From the NCBI GenBank assembly GCA_965116495.1, contig OZ220696.1:2528001-2592000 (forward strand): a DNA stretch of 64,000 bases. The letters run 5' to 3'. The position numbers and the translations under genes were made by a program. A model generated the notes under the pieces. It was not told the DNA's origin. It made no database searches and saw only the letters and a list, made by a program, of their open reading frames with translations. This stretch comes from Gammaproteobacteria bacterium. Its GTDB lineage: Bacteria > Pseudomonadota > Gammaproteobacteria > Eutrophobiales > Eutrophobiaceae. Of the stretch, positions 18,836-28,160 are shown one piece after another; position 1 is the stretch's first letter, and every line of letters starts with the position of its first letter.

Positions 18836-21166
18836 TCAAGCCTGGGGCTGATTTTCCACCTCCGGTTGCTTAAATACCTTTATAGGGGGTGCAGGCTTTG
18901 TGTATTTTTCTATTTCTACCAGACAACTATGGGCTGTCGGTCCCTGCGCCAGTTTTGATGTGCCTTTGTCCCGGGTCAGCACATTGGGATTACCGTGTAC
19001 CTCCAGGCTGTTGTCACTCTGCGGGTTTTCGGGGTCATACCAGGAGCCTGTGGGCAACTCCACTACTCGGGGTCTGATCCTATCCGTCAATTGCGCAGAT
19101 GCGAGACAGGCTCCGCGTTCATTGAACAGACGAACGATATCTCCGTCTTTTATGTCCCGGTGAGCAGCGTCTGACGGGTGCATACGAACTATTTCCCTGC
19201 CATGTATCTTTGCATCACGGCTGCTACGTCCAAAATCCAGTTGACTATGCAGCTTATTCTTCGGCTGGTTGGAAATAAGATGAAGAGGGTATTGCGTGGC
19301 GAGTTGACTCCCCAGCCACTCGTCTTTGTCGAGCCATGTCGGATGACCTGGACAATCATCATAATCAAAACCTGCAATTGTTTCAGAGTAAATCTCTATC
19401 CTGCCGGAGGGAGTGGTCAAAGGGTATTTCTCTGGATCCTTACGATATAATTCAATGGGCCACGCTTTTTGTGCAAACTGGTCTTTCATATCAATTTGTT
19501 CACCTGCCCAGAATTCATCAAAACCCGGTAACGTAACGTCAGCCTCGGCGGCATTCTCACGGGTTGTTTCATAGATATCTCTTACCCAGGCCATGGCGTC
19601 TTTTCCTTCCGTAAATTTTTCATGAAACCCAAGTCGCTTCGAGAGTTCGGAAAATATCTCATAATCGTCGCGAGACTGAGCGAATGGTTCGACCGCCTTG
19701 TGCATAGGTGTTAGAAAATGATCATAACTTCCACCACCTATATCGTGCCGTTCCAACGGTGTCGTACAAGGGAAGACAATATCAGCACGACGGGCGGTTG
19801 CCGTCCATACCATCTCGTTAACAATAATTGTCTCTGGTTTTGTCCATGCCCGACATAGGCGATTCAGGTCCTGGTGGTGGTGAAACGGATTGCCACCTGC
19901 CCAATATATCAACTGTATATCCGGGTATAAGTATGATTTACCGTCATAGTTGTAGGTTTTCCCTGGATTGAGAAGCATGTCCGCAATGCGCGCAACCGGA
20001 ATAAAAGTGTCCAACGGGTTTGATCCCTGAAGAAACGAGCCTAATGAAAAATTCGGCATAGACCGTCCGCCGAACCCGATATTGTGTATGCAGCCGTACC
20101 CAAATGTAATACCGCCGCCGGGCAATCCGATATAGCCCAATAATGACGCCAGTACCATTGCCATCCAATAACTCTGTTCACCGTGTTCCTGGCGCTGTAA
20201 TGACCAGCTTACACTGATCACACAGCGCCTGGCCGCCATGGTGTAAGCCAGTTTACGAATAATGTCTGCGTCAACAGTGCAGAGTTCTGCCGCCCAATCA
20301 GCGTCCTTGGACTGGCCGTCTGTTTCTCCCATCAAATAGGGCAAAAACCTGTCCCAACCGACGCAATACTTGTCGAGAAAAACTTGATCATGAAGGTTTT
20401 CTACTACCAGGGTATGTGCAAGACCCAACATAAACGCGACGTCACTGTTCGGAATACATGGAATCCAGTGTGCCCCGGTTTCATCAGCGATATCATCCCT
20501 GACCGGACTGATATTATAGACCTGTACGCCCGCATTCTTAAGTTCGTCAAGCTTGCCTTTTGCGCTATGGCATCCCAGGCCGCCTGCATTGACCTGGGTA
20601 TTTTTTAAGGCAGCGCCTCCAAACAAAACCAGGGAACCGGAATGTTCGATAATATCCTCTATTGTCTGTGGCTCCATAGCCCATTCGTAGAAAGATCTAC
20701 CGAACACATGAGGAAGAATTACCCAAGCCGCGGCACAGGAATAATCATCCCTGCTGTCAACATAACCGCCGAACATTTTAAGGAAACGATGAATCTGACT
20801 CTGGGCGTGATGAAATCTCCCCGCGCTGGCCCAACCGTAAGAACCTCCGAAAATAGCTTCATTGCCGTAATCGCGCCTGACCTGACTTAATGATTCTGCT
20901 GCAAGCTCCAAGGCCTTCTGCCAGTCAACCGGCACAAATGGTTCTTTGCCGCGTCTAGTTCTGTCACTTGAACGGCCGTCTTCCAGGTAACCTTTTCGAA
21001 CCATCGGCTGCGCGACACGAACATCCGGATCCTGCGCATCCAAAAGTGAGTGCCGTATATCGCTGGGATATTCATCAACCTCGTAAGTATGTATCTTCGC
21101 AAGTTTCCCATTTTCAGCTTGCACAAGATAATTACCCCAGTGACTTGCCGTTGGCATTGTGGCCAT
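18836..21166 (-). CDS. Molybdopterin oxidoreductase, BisC/TorA-like S-/N-oxide reductase, cytoplasmic
   Basis: ASHWG, GGSYGWASAGRFHHAQ, DYS (Ser ligand position), WAGGNPFHHHQD, KLHSQ; no Tat leader. Confidence 0.88.
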   Translation of the reverse strand: MATMPTASHWGNYLVQAENGKLAKIHTYEVDEYPSDIRHSLLDAQDPDVRVAQPMVRKGYLEDGRSSDRTRRGKEPFVPVDWQKALELAAESLSQVRRDYGNEAIFGGSYGWASAGRFHHAQSQIHRFLKMFGGYVDSRDDYSCAAAWVILPHVFGRSFYEWAMEPQTIEDIIEHSGSLVLFGGAALKNTQVNAGGLGCHSAKGKLDELKNAGVQVYNISPVRDDIADETGAHWIPCIPNSDVAFMLGLAHTLVVENLHDQVFLDKYCVGWDRFLPYLMGETDGQSKDADWAAELCTVDADIIRKLAYTMAARRCVISVSWSLQRQEHGEQSYWMAMVLASLLGYIGLPGGGITFGYGCIHNIGFGGRSMPNFSLGSFLQGSNPLDTFIPVARIADMLLNPGKTYNYDGKSYLYPDIQLIYWAGGNPFHHHQDLNRLCRAWTKPETIIVNEMVWTATARRADIVFPCTTPLERHDIGGGSYDHFLTPMHKAVEPFAQSRDDYEIFSELSKRLGFHEKFTEGKDAMAWVRDIYETTRENAAEADVTLPGFDEFWAGEQIDMKDQFAQKAWPIELYRKDPEKYPLTTPSGRIEIYSETIAGFDYDDCPGHPTWLDKDEWLGSQLATQYPLHLISNQPKNKLHSQLDFGRSSRDAKIHGREIVRMHPSDAAHRDIKDGDIVRLFNERGACLASAQLTDRIRPRVVELPTGSWYDPENPQSDNSLEVHGNPNVLTRDKGTSKLAQGPTAHSCLVEIEKYTKPAPPIKVFKQPEVENQPQA

Positions 21167-21382
21167 TTTTATCTCTCGTCTATATTGTCTGTCTGGAGTT
21201 CCGACTATCCCTTGTATACTGTAATAACTCTTGCGGCCCTGAATCCGTTCACGTTACATCCTTCTTTTACATGCTCACGGCTAATTTTGACCGCCCGGGT
21301 TGAGAAGCTCTCTCATTAGTCCAGTGGCTCCCAGGTTCAATAATATGCCGTTCAATGCTAATGGAAATTCAGCCTGCTCAAC

Positions 21383-21396
21383 TCACCTGAAAGTAT
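21383..21396 (-). promoter_or_regulatory. Candidate activator site shared with 13542-13555
   Basis: Minus strand ATACTTTCAGGTGA upstream of the molybdoenzyme operon. Confidence 0.4.
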
Positions 21397-21445
21397 GATT
21401 TTGCAGTCTAAAGGGAACTCCGGAATTAATCAGGGATCCCCTTAA

Positions 21446-21529
21446 TCAACGGAGTATGCCTAGCTCTTTCAGGCGCCGCACAGCCTGGGTACGGCGGGTC
21501 ACGCCAAGTTTGTTGAAAGATGAGCGCAC
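21446..21529 (-). pseudogene. 3' remnant of a LuxR/MalT-type HTH regulator
   Basis: Minus frame reads VRSSFNKLGVTRRTQAVRRLKELGILR-stop; the upstream part is replaced by a repeat arm and the IOR gene end. Confidence 0.75.
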
Positions 21530-21532
21530 AAA

Positions 21533-21557
21533 TGGGGTCAGGTCGCACAATGCACAT
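21533..21557 (+). repeat. Solo arm of a family B element
   Basis: TGGGGTCAGGTCGCACAATGCACAT, 24/25 identical to the arm at 52831-52855. Confidence 0.85.
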
Positions 21558-21568
21558 ATAGTATCGGG

Positions 21569-24500
21569 TCAGGCAGCCTCAGGTTGCCTGACCGGATTAC
21601 GCCAGCACTCCCACAGTGATTGCAGTTTTGCACGCGTCCTGGCGACGTTCTCTGACTTGATGTAACCGTACCCGCGCACCTGTTCCGGCAAGCCGGCAAT
21701 CTCGATTGCCAGCGGATAATTTTCGTGGTCCAGGGTCTGCAGCAATTCGGCAACAGTCTGCTCATACTCGCTGATCAATTCCCGTTCCATCTTCCGCTCA
21801 GGTGTCCAGCCGAACGGATCGAACGGCGTGCCGCGCAGGAACCTGAGCCGCTTGAGTAGTCCGAACAGCGGCAACAGCCAGGAGCCGAATTCCATTTTGC
21901 CGGGCCTGCCGGTGAGCTTGTCCTTGCGCGCCAGCAGGGGTGGAGCAAGGTTGAAACGCAGGCTGTAATCGCCTTCAAACTGCTCGTCGAGTTTTTGTTT
22001 GAATGCCGGGTCGCAATACAATCGCGCAACCTCGTATTCGTCCTTGTAGGCCATCAACTTGTAGGCATAGCGGGCAACAGTTGCGGTCAGGCCCGTCCTG
22101 CCGGGGAACTGTTTCTGCTCCACAGCCTCAACCGAACGCACCAATGCCGTGTAGCGTTGCGCGTATGCCGCGTCCTGGTAATCCTTCAGATCCGCCGCGC
22201 GCCGCGTGATAAACGCTTCCAGCGGTTCGTCTGAAACATCAGTGTTAGCCTTATCCGGATTACCGCACAGTTCATTTACCGCTTCAGGGTTATGCGCGGC
22301 GCGGCGTCCCCAGGCAAACGCGTCCTGGTTCCATTGTACGGCCACACCGTTCATTTCTATCGACCGCATGATAGCCTCTTCCGACAACGGGATGAGTCCC
22401 TTCTGCCAGGCGTAGCCGACCATGAACAGGTTGCCCGCTATCGCATCGCCGAGCAGGCGCGTCGCCAGGCGGGTGCTTTCGATCATCTCGAGACGGTCGC
22501 GGCCCAACGCGCCTTGCAGGCGTTTTCGCAGGGATGAGCCGGGGTAGCGCAACTCGGCGTTGCGGGTGAAGTCACCGGTGATGGTCTCATGGGTGTTGAC
22601 TACGGCGTGTGTTTTGTCGGGGCTTAACACCGGGAGAACGCTGTCGCCGGCCGCCACGATTAGATCGCAGCCGAGCAACAGGTCAACGGCGCCGGCGTTC
22701 AGGCGCACGGCATTGATGCTCTCGGGCGTTGCGCCGATACGCAGGTGGGTCAGCACCGGCCCTCCCTTCTGGGCAAACCCCATCTGGTCAACCACCACGA
22801 TGGCGCGACCGTCGATATGTGCGGCCATGCCCAGCAGCGCACCGATCGTGACCACGCCGGTGCCGCCCACTCCGGCGATCAGGATGCCATGAGTGCCTGC
22901 CGTGAGATCGGGTTTATCGGGTTCCGGCAGAACGCGTAACGTTTGGGGCAAGGCATCGGCAACAGGGCCGATCCCCTTGCCTTTGCGCAGGCCGCCCCCG
23001 ACCACAGTGACGAAACTCGGGCAGAAACCTTCTGCGCAGGAATAGTCCTTGTTGCAGGAAGACTGGTCGATACTGCGCTTATGGCCGTAATCCGTGTCCA
23101 GGGGCTGTACCGACACACAATTGGACTGGACGCTGCAATCGCCGCAACCCTCACACACCCTGTCATTGATGAACAACCGCTTTGCCGGGTCGGGGAACAT
23201 GCCGCGCTTGCGCCGCCGGCGTTTTTCCGCGGCGCAGGTCTGGTCGTAAATGAGGACAGTCGTACCCTCAACCTCGCGCAGGTCACGCTGCACCTGGTCC
23301 AGTTCCCTGCGGTGATGCACGGCTGTTCCCGGCGCAAACCCGGGAGTGGCGCCGTATTGTTCCGGTTCATCCGTAACAACTTCAATCCTCTTTACCCCTT
23401 CGGCGTAAACCTGTTGAGTAATTTGCCGGACCGACAGGGGACCGTCCACGGGTTGACCGCCGGTCATGGCGACGGCATCGTTGTAGAGAATTTTATAGGT
23501 CATGTTCACGCCGGACGCTACGGCCGCGCGGATGGCAAGGGTCCCGGAATGGTAATAAGTGCCGTCCCCGATCTGGGCAAAGATGTGCCGGGTCTTCACG
23601 AACGGCGCCTGCCCGATCCAGGGCGCGCCCTCCCCGCCCATCTGGGTCCAGTTATAGACGTCCCGTTCCATCCAGGTAGCCATGAAGTGACACCCTACAC
23701 CGGCGGTTGCACGGCTCCCTTCAGGGACTTTGGTAGACGTGTTGTGGGGACAGCCGGAGCAAAAGTAGGGTAACCGGGAAATCTCCGCCGCTGGTCTTGA
23801 CAAGGCCTGTTCCTGCTGGTTTTTCAGGAACTCAAGGCGCGCCTGTAACCTGTCATTGTCATGGAAGTAGCTGATCCTGGCGGCGATTAACCGGGCGATC
23901 CGGTCTGCGTCCAGTGTCCCCGCCGGATCGACAAGCAATTGATCGTGTTCGTCGTGACGGCCGACGATGCGCGGCCGTTCTGATTCCGGCAGCAGATAAC
24001 AGGCCTTGCGCATCCCGTGTTCAACCTGTTCCCGTTTATCTTCGATGACGAATACTTCTTCCAGCCCCCGGGCGAATTCTCGGTAGCTCTGCTCGTCGAC
24101 CGGGAAAGGCATACCCACCTTGAGGACCGTGATGCCGACCGCCGCGGCTACGCCTTCGTCTATGCCCAGGTCCAGCAAGGCCTGCTGCACATCGCGCCAG
24201 GTCTTGCCCATGGCCGCAATCCCGAACCGGGGCCTGGCGGACGGGTGTGATATGAAATTAAGGTGGTTGGCCCGGGCGAAGGCAAGCGCGGCGGGCAGGC
24301 GGTAATGACGCAGGCGCGACTCCTGCAGGGAAAACATATCCCCTTGCCGGGAATTGACGCCGCCGGGCGGGAATTCAAATTCCGGGGTTAGAATTTTTAT
24401 ATGTTGATGATCCGCCCGGATGGACGCCGCAGTCTCTATCGTCTCAGGCAGCAGTTTGTAGCCAATCCAGTTGCCGCTGAACCGGGACAAGGCGATGCCC

Positions 24501-25054
24501 AGCAATCCCATATCGAACACTTCCTGGATGTCCGCCGGGTACAGGACCGGCATCAGCAGGTCTTCGAACAACAGTTCGGAGTGCCAGGCGGAGATGGTGG
24601 AGGTCATGTTCGGATCATCGCCCGACAGGATCAGCACACCGCCGTGTTCGGCGGAGCCATGCCAGTGGCCCTGCCGGATGGCGTCCAGGCTGCGGTCCAC
24701 GCCGGGCCCCTTGCCGTACCACATGCCGTAGATGCCGTCGTAGTTGGCATCGTCGAAATAATGGACCTGTTGCGTACCCCACAGGGCAGTGGCTGCCAGG
24801 TCTTCATTCAGGCCGGGCCAGAACTTGACGTGATGATCCTGTAAATGTTTCTCGGCGCGCCACAGTTGCTGGTCTATGGCCGTCATGGGCGAGCCGCGAT
24901 AACCGGAAATGAAGCCCGCGGTATTCAGGCCTGCAGCCTGGTCCCTGCGCCGTTGTACCAGCAACAGCCGGACAATGGCCTGGGTACCGGTAAGATAGAC
25001 CCGGCCCTCGTCCAGGGTAAATTTATCATCCAGCTTGACTGCGGCCAGCGCCAT
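21569..25054 (-). CDS. ior: Indolepyruvate:ferredoxin oxidoreductase family protein (fused single chain)
   Basis: GFISGYRGSP, WYGKGPGVDRS, FCSGCPHN, GDGTYYHSG (TPP), CEGCGDC, GVGGTGVVT, YKDEYEVARL. Confidence 0.92.
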   Translation of the reverse strand: MALAAVKLDDKFTLDEGRVYLTGTQAIVRLLLVQRRRDQAAGLNTAGFISGYRGSPMTAIDQQLWRAEKHLQDHHVKFWPGLNEDLAATALWGTQQVHYFDDANYDGIYGMWYGKGPGVDRSLDAIRQGHWHGSAEHGGVLILSGDDPNMTSTISAWHSELLFEDLLMPVLYPADIQEVFDMGLLGIALSRFSGNWIGYKLLPETIETAASIRADHQHIKILTPEFEFPPGGVNSRQGDMFSLQESRLRHYRLPAALAFARANHLNFISHPSARPRFGIAAMGKTWRDVQQALLDLGIDEGVAAAVGITVLKVGMPFPVDEQSYREFARGLEEVFVIEDKREQVEHGMRKACYLLPESERPRIVGRHDEHDQLLVDPAGTLDADRIARLIAARISYFHDNDRLQARLEFLKNQQEQALSRPAAEISRLPYFCSGCPHNTSTKVPEGSRATAGVGCHFMATWMERDVYNWTQMGGEGAPWIGQAPFVKTRHIFAQIGDGTYYHSGTLAIRAAVASGVNMTYKILYNDAVAMTGGQPVDGPLSVRQITQQVYAEGVKRIEVVTDEPEQYGATPGFAPGTAVHHRRELDQVQRDLREVEGTTVLIYDQTCAAEKRRRRKRGMFPDPAKRLFINDRVCEGCGDCSVQSNCVSVQPLDTDYGHKRSIDQSSCNKDYSCAEGFCPSFVTVVGGGLRKGKGIGPVADALPQTLRVLPEPDKPDLTAGTHGILIAGVGGTGVVTIGALLGMAAHIDGRAIVVVDQMGFAQKGGPVLTHLRIGATPESINAVRLNAGAVDLLLGCDLIVAAGDSVLPVLSPDKTHAVVNTHETITGDFTRNAELRYPGSSLRKRLQGALGRDRLEMIESTRLATRLLGDAIAGNLFMVGYAWQKGLIPLSEEAIMRSIEMNGVAVQWNQDAFAWGRRAAHNPEAVNELCGNPDKANTDVSDEPLEAFITRRAADLKDYQDAAYAQRYTALVRSVEAVEQKQFPGRTGLTATVARYAYKLMAYKDEYEVARLYCDPAFKQKLDEQFEGDYSLRFNLAPPLLARKDKLTGRPGKMEFGSWLLPLFGLLKRLRFLRGTPFDPFGWTPERKMERELISEYEQTVAELLQTLDHENYPLAIEIAGLPEQVRGYGYIKSENVARTRAKLQSLWECWRNPVRQPEAA

Positions 25055-25069
25055 GGGTTGACGTCCCGT

Positions 25070-25570
25070 CTAATACAGTTCCAGTTCGGCTTCTACTTCT
25101 ACCGGTATCCCGAACGGCAATTGCGCCATGCCGACCGCCGAGCGGGTGGAGAGGCCGCGCTCCCTGCCGAAAATTTCCAGTATGGTATTGGAGAAGCCGT
25201 TTATCACCAGCATCTGGTTCGTGAAATCCGGCGCCGAGTTGACCATGCCGAGCACCTTGACCCAGCTTTTTATCCGGTCCAGTTCGCCCAGTTCCCGTTG
25301 AATCGTGCCCAGCATGGACAGGGCGGTTTTGCGGGCGGCTGCCGCGCCCTGCTCCACGGTCAGGTCGGCGCCGACCTTGCCCAACGGCCGGGCGATGCTG
25401 CCGTCGGCCTCCTGGGGACCGTGGCCGGAGACCAGCACCCGCTTGCCGGTCACTTTGATAAAAGCGAGAGGCGCATCCATTCCCGGTGGTATCGCCAACG
25501 GCGCCGGCAATACCAGGCCGAGTTCCTTGATACGTTCATCAGGATTGGTTGAATTCAAGTCTTCAGTCAC
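25070..25570 (-). CDS. RidA/YjgF family protein
   Basis: VSGHGP, GKVGADL, INGFS, RSAVGMAQLPFGIPVEVE. Confidence 0.88.
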   Translation of the reverse strand: MTEDLNSTNPDERIKELGLVLPAPLAIPPGMDAPLAFIKVTGKRVLVSGHGPQEADGSIARPLGKVGADLTVEQGAAAARKTALSMLGTIQRELGELDRIKSWVKVLGMVNSAPDFTNQMLVINGFSNTILEIFGRERGLSTRSAVGMAQLPFGIPVEVEAELELY

Positions 25571-25771
25571 AATCTATTCCTCCACGATGATGGGTTTTAA
25601 CAATGACATTATGCTGATCGGACGGCAGACCGGCTTATCAAAATCGGCATACCAGTATTCGGAGATATACACCCGTGCAGGGATGGATAAGCCGCCTGCC
25701 GGGAAAGATTGGTATTTATATACTACAACTCGGATAATATTAACAGACGGATACACATTTACGGAGACAAC

Positions 25772-26947
25772 ATGCCGGTCTTACCCCGACGCTCGCGTCT
25801 GAACCATTGTCATAACATTGACGATTTACGCGAGGCGGCAAGAAAACGTCTGCCCAGGTTCATCTTCGATTATCTTGAAGGCGGCGCTGATGATGAATTT
25901 ACCCTGAACAGAAACCGCAGTGTCTTCACCGAGTATTACCTGTTGCAACGGGTACTGGTCGACATAGCCGGGATCGATACCTCAACCACCGTGCTGGGCG
26001 AGAAAGTTGCCTTGCCGATTATCTTTACCTCAACTGGCGCCAACAGACTCTACCATCCCGATGGAGAACTGGCCGTGGCCAGGGCCGCGGCCGAAGCAAA
26101 TATCATTCAGATACTGGCGGCGACTGCCATGGTGTCTTTTGATGACGTGGCCGCTGAAACAGCCGGCCACAAGTGGTGCCAGATGTATGTGTTGAAGGAC
26201 CGCGGCTTTACCCGTGAACTGACGGCACACTGCCGTAACCTTGGTTACCGGGCCATGGTACTGACCGCGGACTGCACGGTTGCCGGCAACAGGGAAAGAG
26301 ACTACCGCAACCGGTTTACACTGCCGCCCAAACCCACGCTGAAGACATTGCAACAATTGTCGGTACGCCCCGGCTGGCTGTGGGAATACCTGCGCTCGCC
26401 TGCCTATAGCTTTCCCAACTTTGCCGGAGCGCTGGACAGCCATGACGACGTTGCGTCTATTGTGCAATGGTTCGGCAACCAGATGGATACCACATTTACC
26501 TGGGAAGATGCCGCCAAACTGGCGGAAGAGTGGGGTGGTCCGTTCGTAATCAAGGGTATTACCAGTGTTGCAGACGCCAGGCTTGCCGCCGAGGTCGGCG
26601 CCCATGGAATTTCCCTGTCCAGTCACGGCGGCAGGCAACTGGATCATGCGCCGTCACCCATGGAAGTGTTGCAGGAGGTTGTGGACAGCGTCGGCGATAA
26701 ACTGGAAGTGTTCATCGACAGCGGTTTCAGGCGCGGCACGGATATAATCAAGGCGCTGGCGCTGGGCGCCCGCGCCTGTCTCATCGGCAGGCCTTATTTG
26801 TACGGCCTGACCGCGGGCGGTGAGGCGGGTGTTACGCGTACGATTGAGATCCTTCGCTCAGAGTTGGAACGTGACATGGCTCTCATGGGTACTACAAGCA
26901 TCGCCGGTATAACACCGGACTGTCTGCGCCGGCGCCGGGCCGGTTAA
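25772..26947 (+). CDS. FMN-dependent alpha-hydroxy acid dehydrogenase (LldD/mandelate dehydrogenase family)
   Basis: FDYLEGGADDE, GNRERD, IKG, SSHGGRQLD, DSGFRRGTD; start at ATG 25772 after GGAG. Confidence 0.9.
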   Translation: MPVLPRRSRLNHCHNIDDLREAARKRLPRFIFDYLEGGADDEFTLNRNRSVFTEYYLLQRVLVDIAGIDTSTTVLGEKVALPIIFTSTGANRLYHPDGELAVARAAAEANIIQILAATAMVSFDDVAAETAGHKWCQMYVLKDRGFTRELTAHCRNLGYRAMVLTADCTVAGNRERDYRNRFTLPPKPTLKTLQQLSVRPGWLWEYLRSPAYSFPNFAGALDSHDDVASIVQWFGNQMDTTFTWEDAAKLAEEWGGPFVIKGITSVADARLAAEVGAHGISLSSHGGRQLDHAPSPMEVLQEVVDSVGDKLEVFIDSGFRRGTDIIKALALGARACLIGRPYLYGLTAGGEAGVTRTIEILRSELERDMALMGTTSIAGITPDCLRRRRAG

Positions 26948-26977
26948 TTGAATTTCTGATTTTACGGCAGAGAGGCT

Positions 26978-28126
26978 ATGGATTTTTCACTGACTGAAGA
27001 ACAGCAAATAGCGGTGGACTCGTTCCGACGGTTTGTCGAAACGGAGATACGCCCCGCTATGGAATCCTACGAGGACCAGTTTGTGCCCAGGGAAGAGATG
27101 CGTGCATTGATACGGCAGCTACAACCCTTTGGCGTGATCAATGGACCGGTAGTAGAGGAATACGGCGGCTTCGGCCTGGATCTGCTCACTTATGGACTGT
27201 TGTTCGAGGAGTTAGCCCGTGTTTCAGCCGACCTGGCGGTTGTCGCCCTGTTGCAGATGGAGAGCAGCAAACTGCTCGCCAGCGTTCCTGGTGAACTGAC
27301 CGCGCCGTACCTGCATGCCATAGCCGAATGTGACAAGTTTGGATCCATAGGGATCAGCGAACCCGATGTGGGTTCCAATATTGCTGAAATCAGGACCAGG
27401 GCTAAACGGGACGGCGATCACTTCGTGATTAATGGCGAGAAACAGTGGATATCCAACGGCCACTACTCCGATTTCAATATCTGCGTGGCTCAGGTTGAGG
27501 ATGAGGCGACAGGGAACGGGCTGGCATTGCTGCTGGTGGATCGGGAACACGGCTATGAAAGCCGGAATATTCCCAAGCTGGTCCTGAACAGCCAGTCTAC
27601 GGCACAGTTGTTTTTCAATGACGTACGAGTGCCGGCGGCAAATATGTTGACGCCGCCGGGGAAAGGGTTGGGAAAGATGCTGGGCTTGCTGGAAGCAGGC
27701 CGTCCCCTGGTCGGACTGATGGCCGTTGCCGTGGCGCAAGCGGCGCTGGATGATTCCATAGCTTACGCCGGAGACAGGAAACAGCACGGCAAGCCCATTG
27801 CCGGACACCAGCTGGTCCAGGCCATGATCGCAGAGATGGCGACGGAAATTGACGCCGCAAGACTGTTGTGTTTTCGTGCTCTCGACCAGATCCAGAAAGG
27901 CATCCGCAGTGATATTGAAAGCTCCAAGGCGAAACTGTTTGCCACCGACATGGCGTTGCGGGCCGTGAATAAGGCGATGGAAATCCATGGCGGTAACGGC
28001 CTGACGACGGAGTTCCGCGTGGAAAAACTCTACCGCCTGGCGCGTATCTTCCCCATAACCGAGGGGACAACGGAAATGCAGAAATTGATAATAGGCAGGG
28101 GTTTACTCGGAGTTCCGGCCTTTTAG
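26978..28126 (+). CDS. Acyl-CoA dehydrogenase
   Basis: SEPDVGS, NGEKQWISNG, RKQHGKPI, IHGGNG, EGTTEMQ. Confidence 0.92.
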   Translation: MDFSLTEEQQIAVDSFRRFVETEIRPAMESYEDQFVPREEMRALIRQLQPFGVINGPVVEEYGGFGLDLLTYGLLFEELARVSADLAVVALLQMESSKLLASVPGELTAPYLHAIAECDKFGSIGISEPDVGSNIAEIRTRAKRDGDHFVINGEKQWISNGHYSDFNICVAQVEDEATGNGLALLLVDREHGYESRNIPKLVLNSQSTAQLFFNDVRVPAANMLTPPGKGLGKMLGLLEAGRPLVGLMAVAVAQAALDDSIAYAGDRKQHGKPIAGHQLVQAMIAEMATEIDAARLLCFRALDQIQKGIRSDIESSKAKLFATDMALRAVNKAMEIHGGNGLTTEFRVEKLYRLARIFPITEGTTEMQKLIIGRGLLGVPAF

Positions 28127-28160
28127 AATATGACTCGATTGATTTCTTATGGAGGAATGA

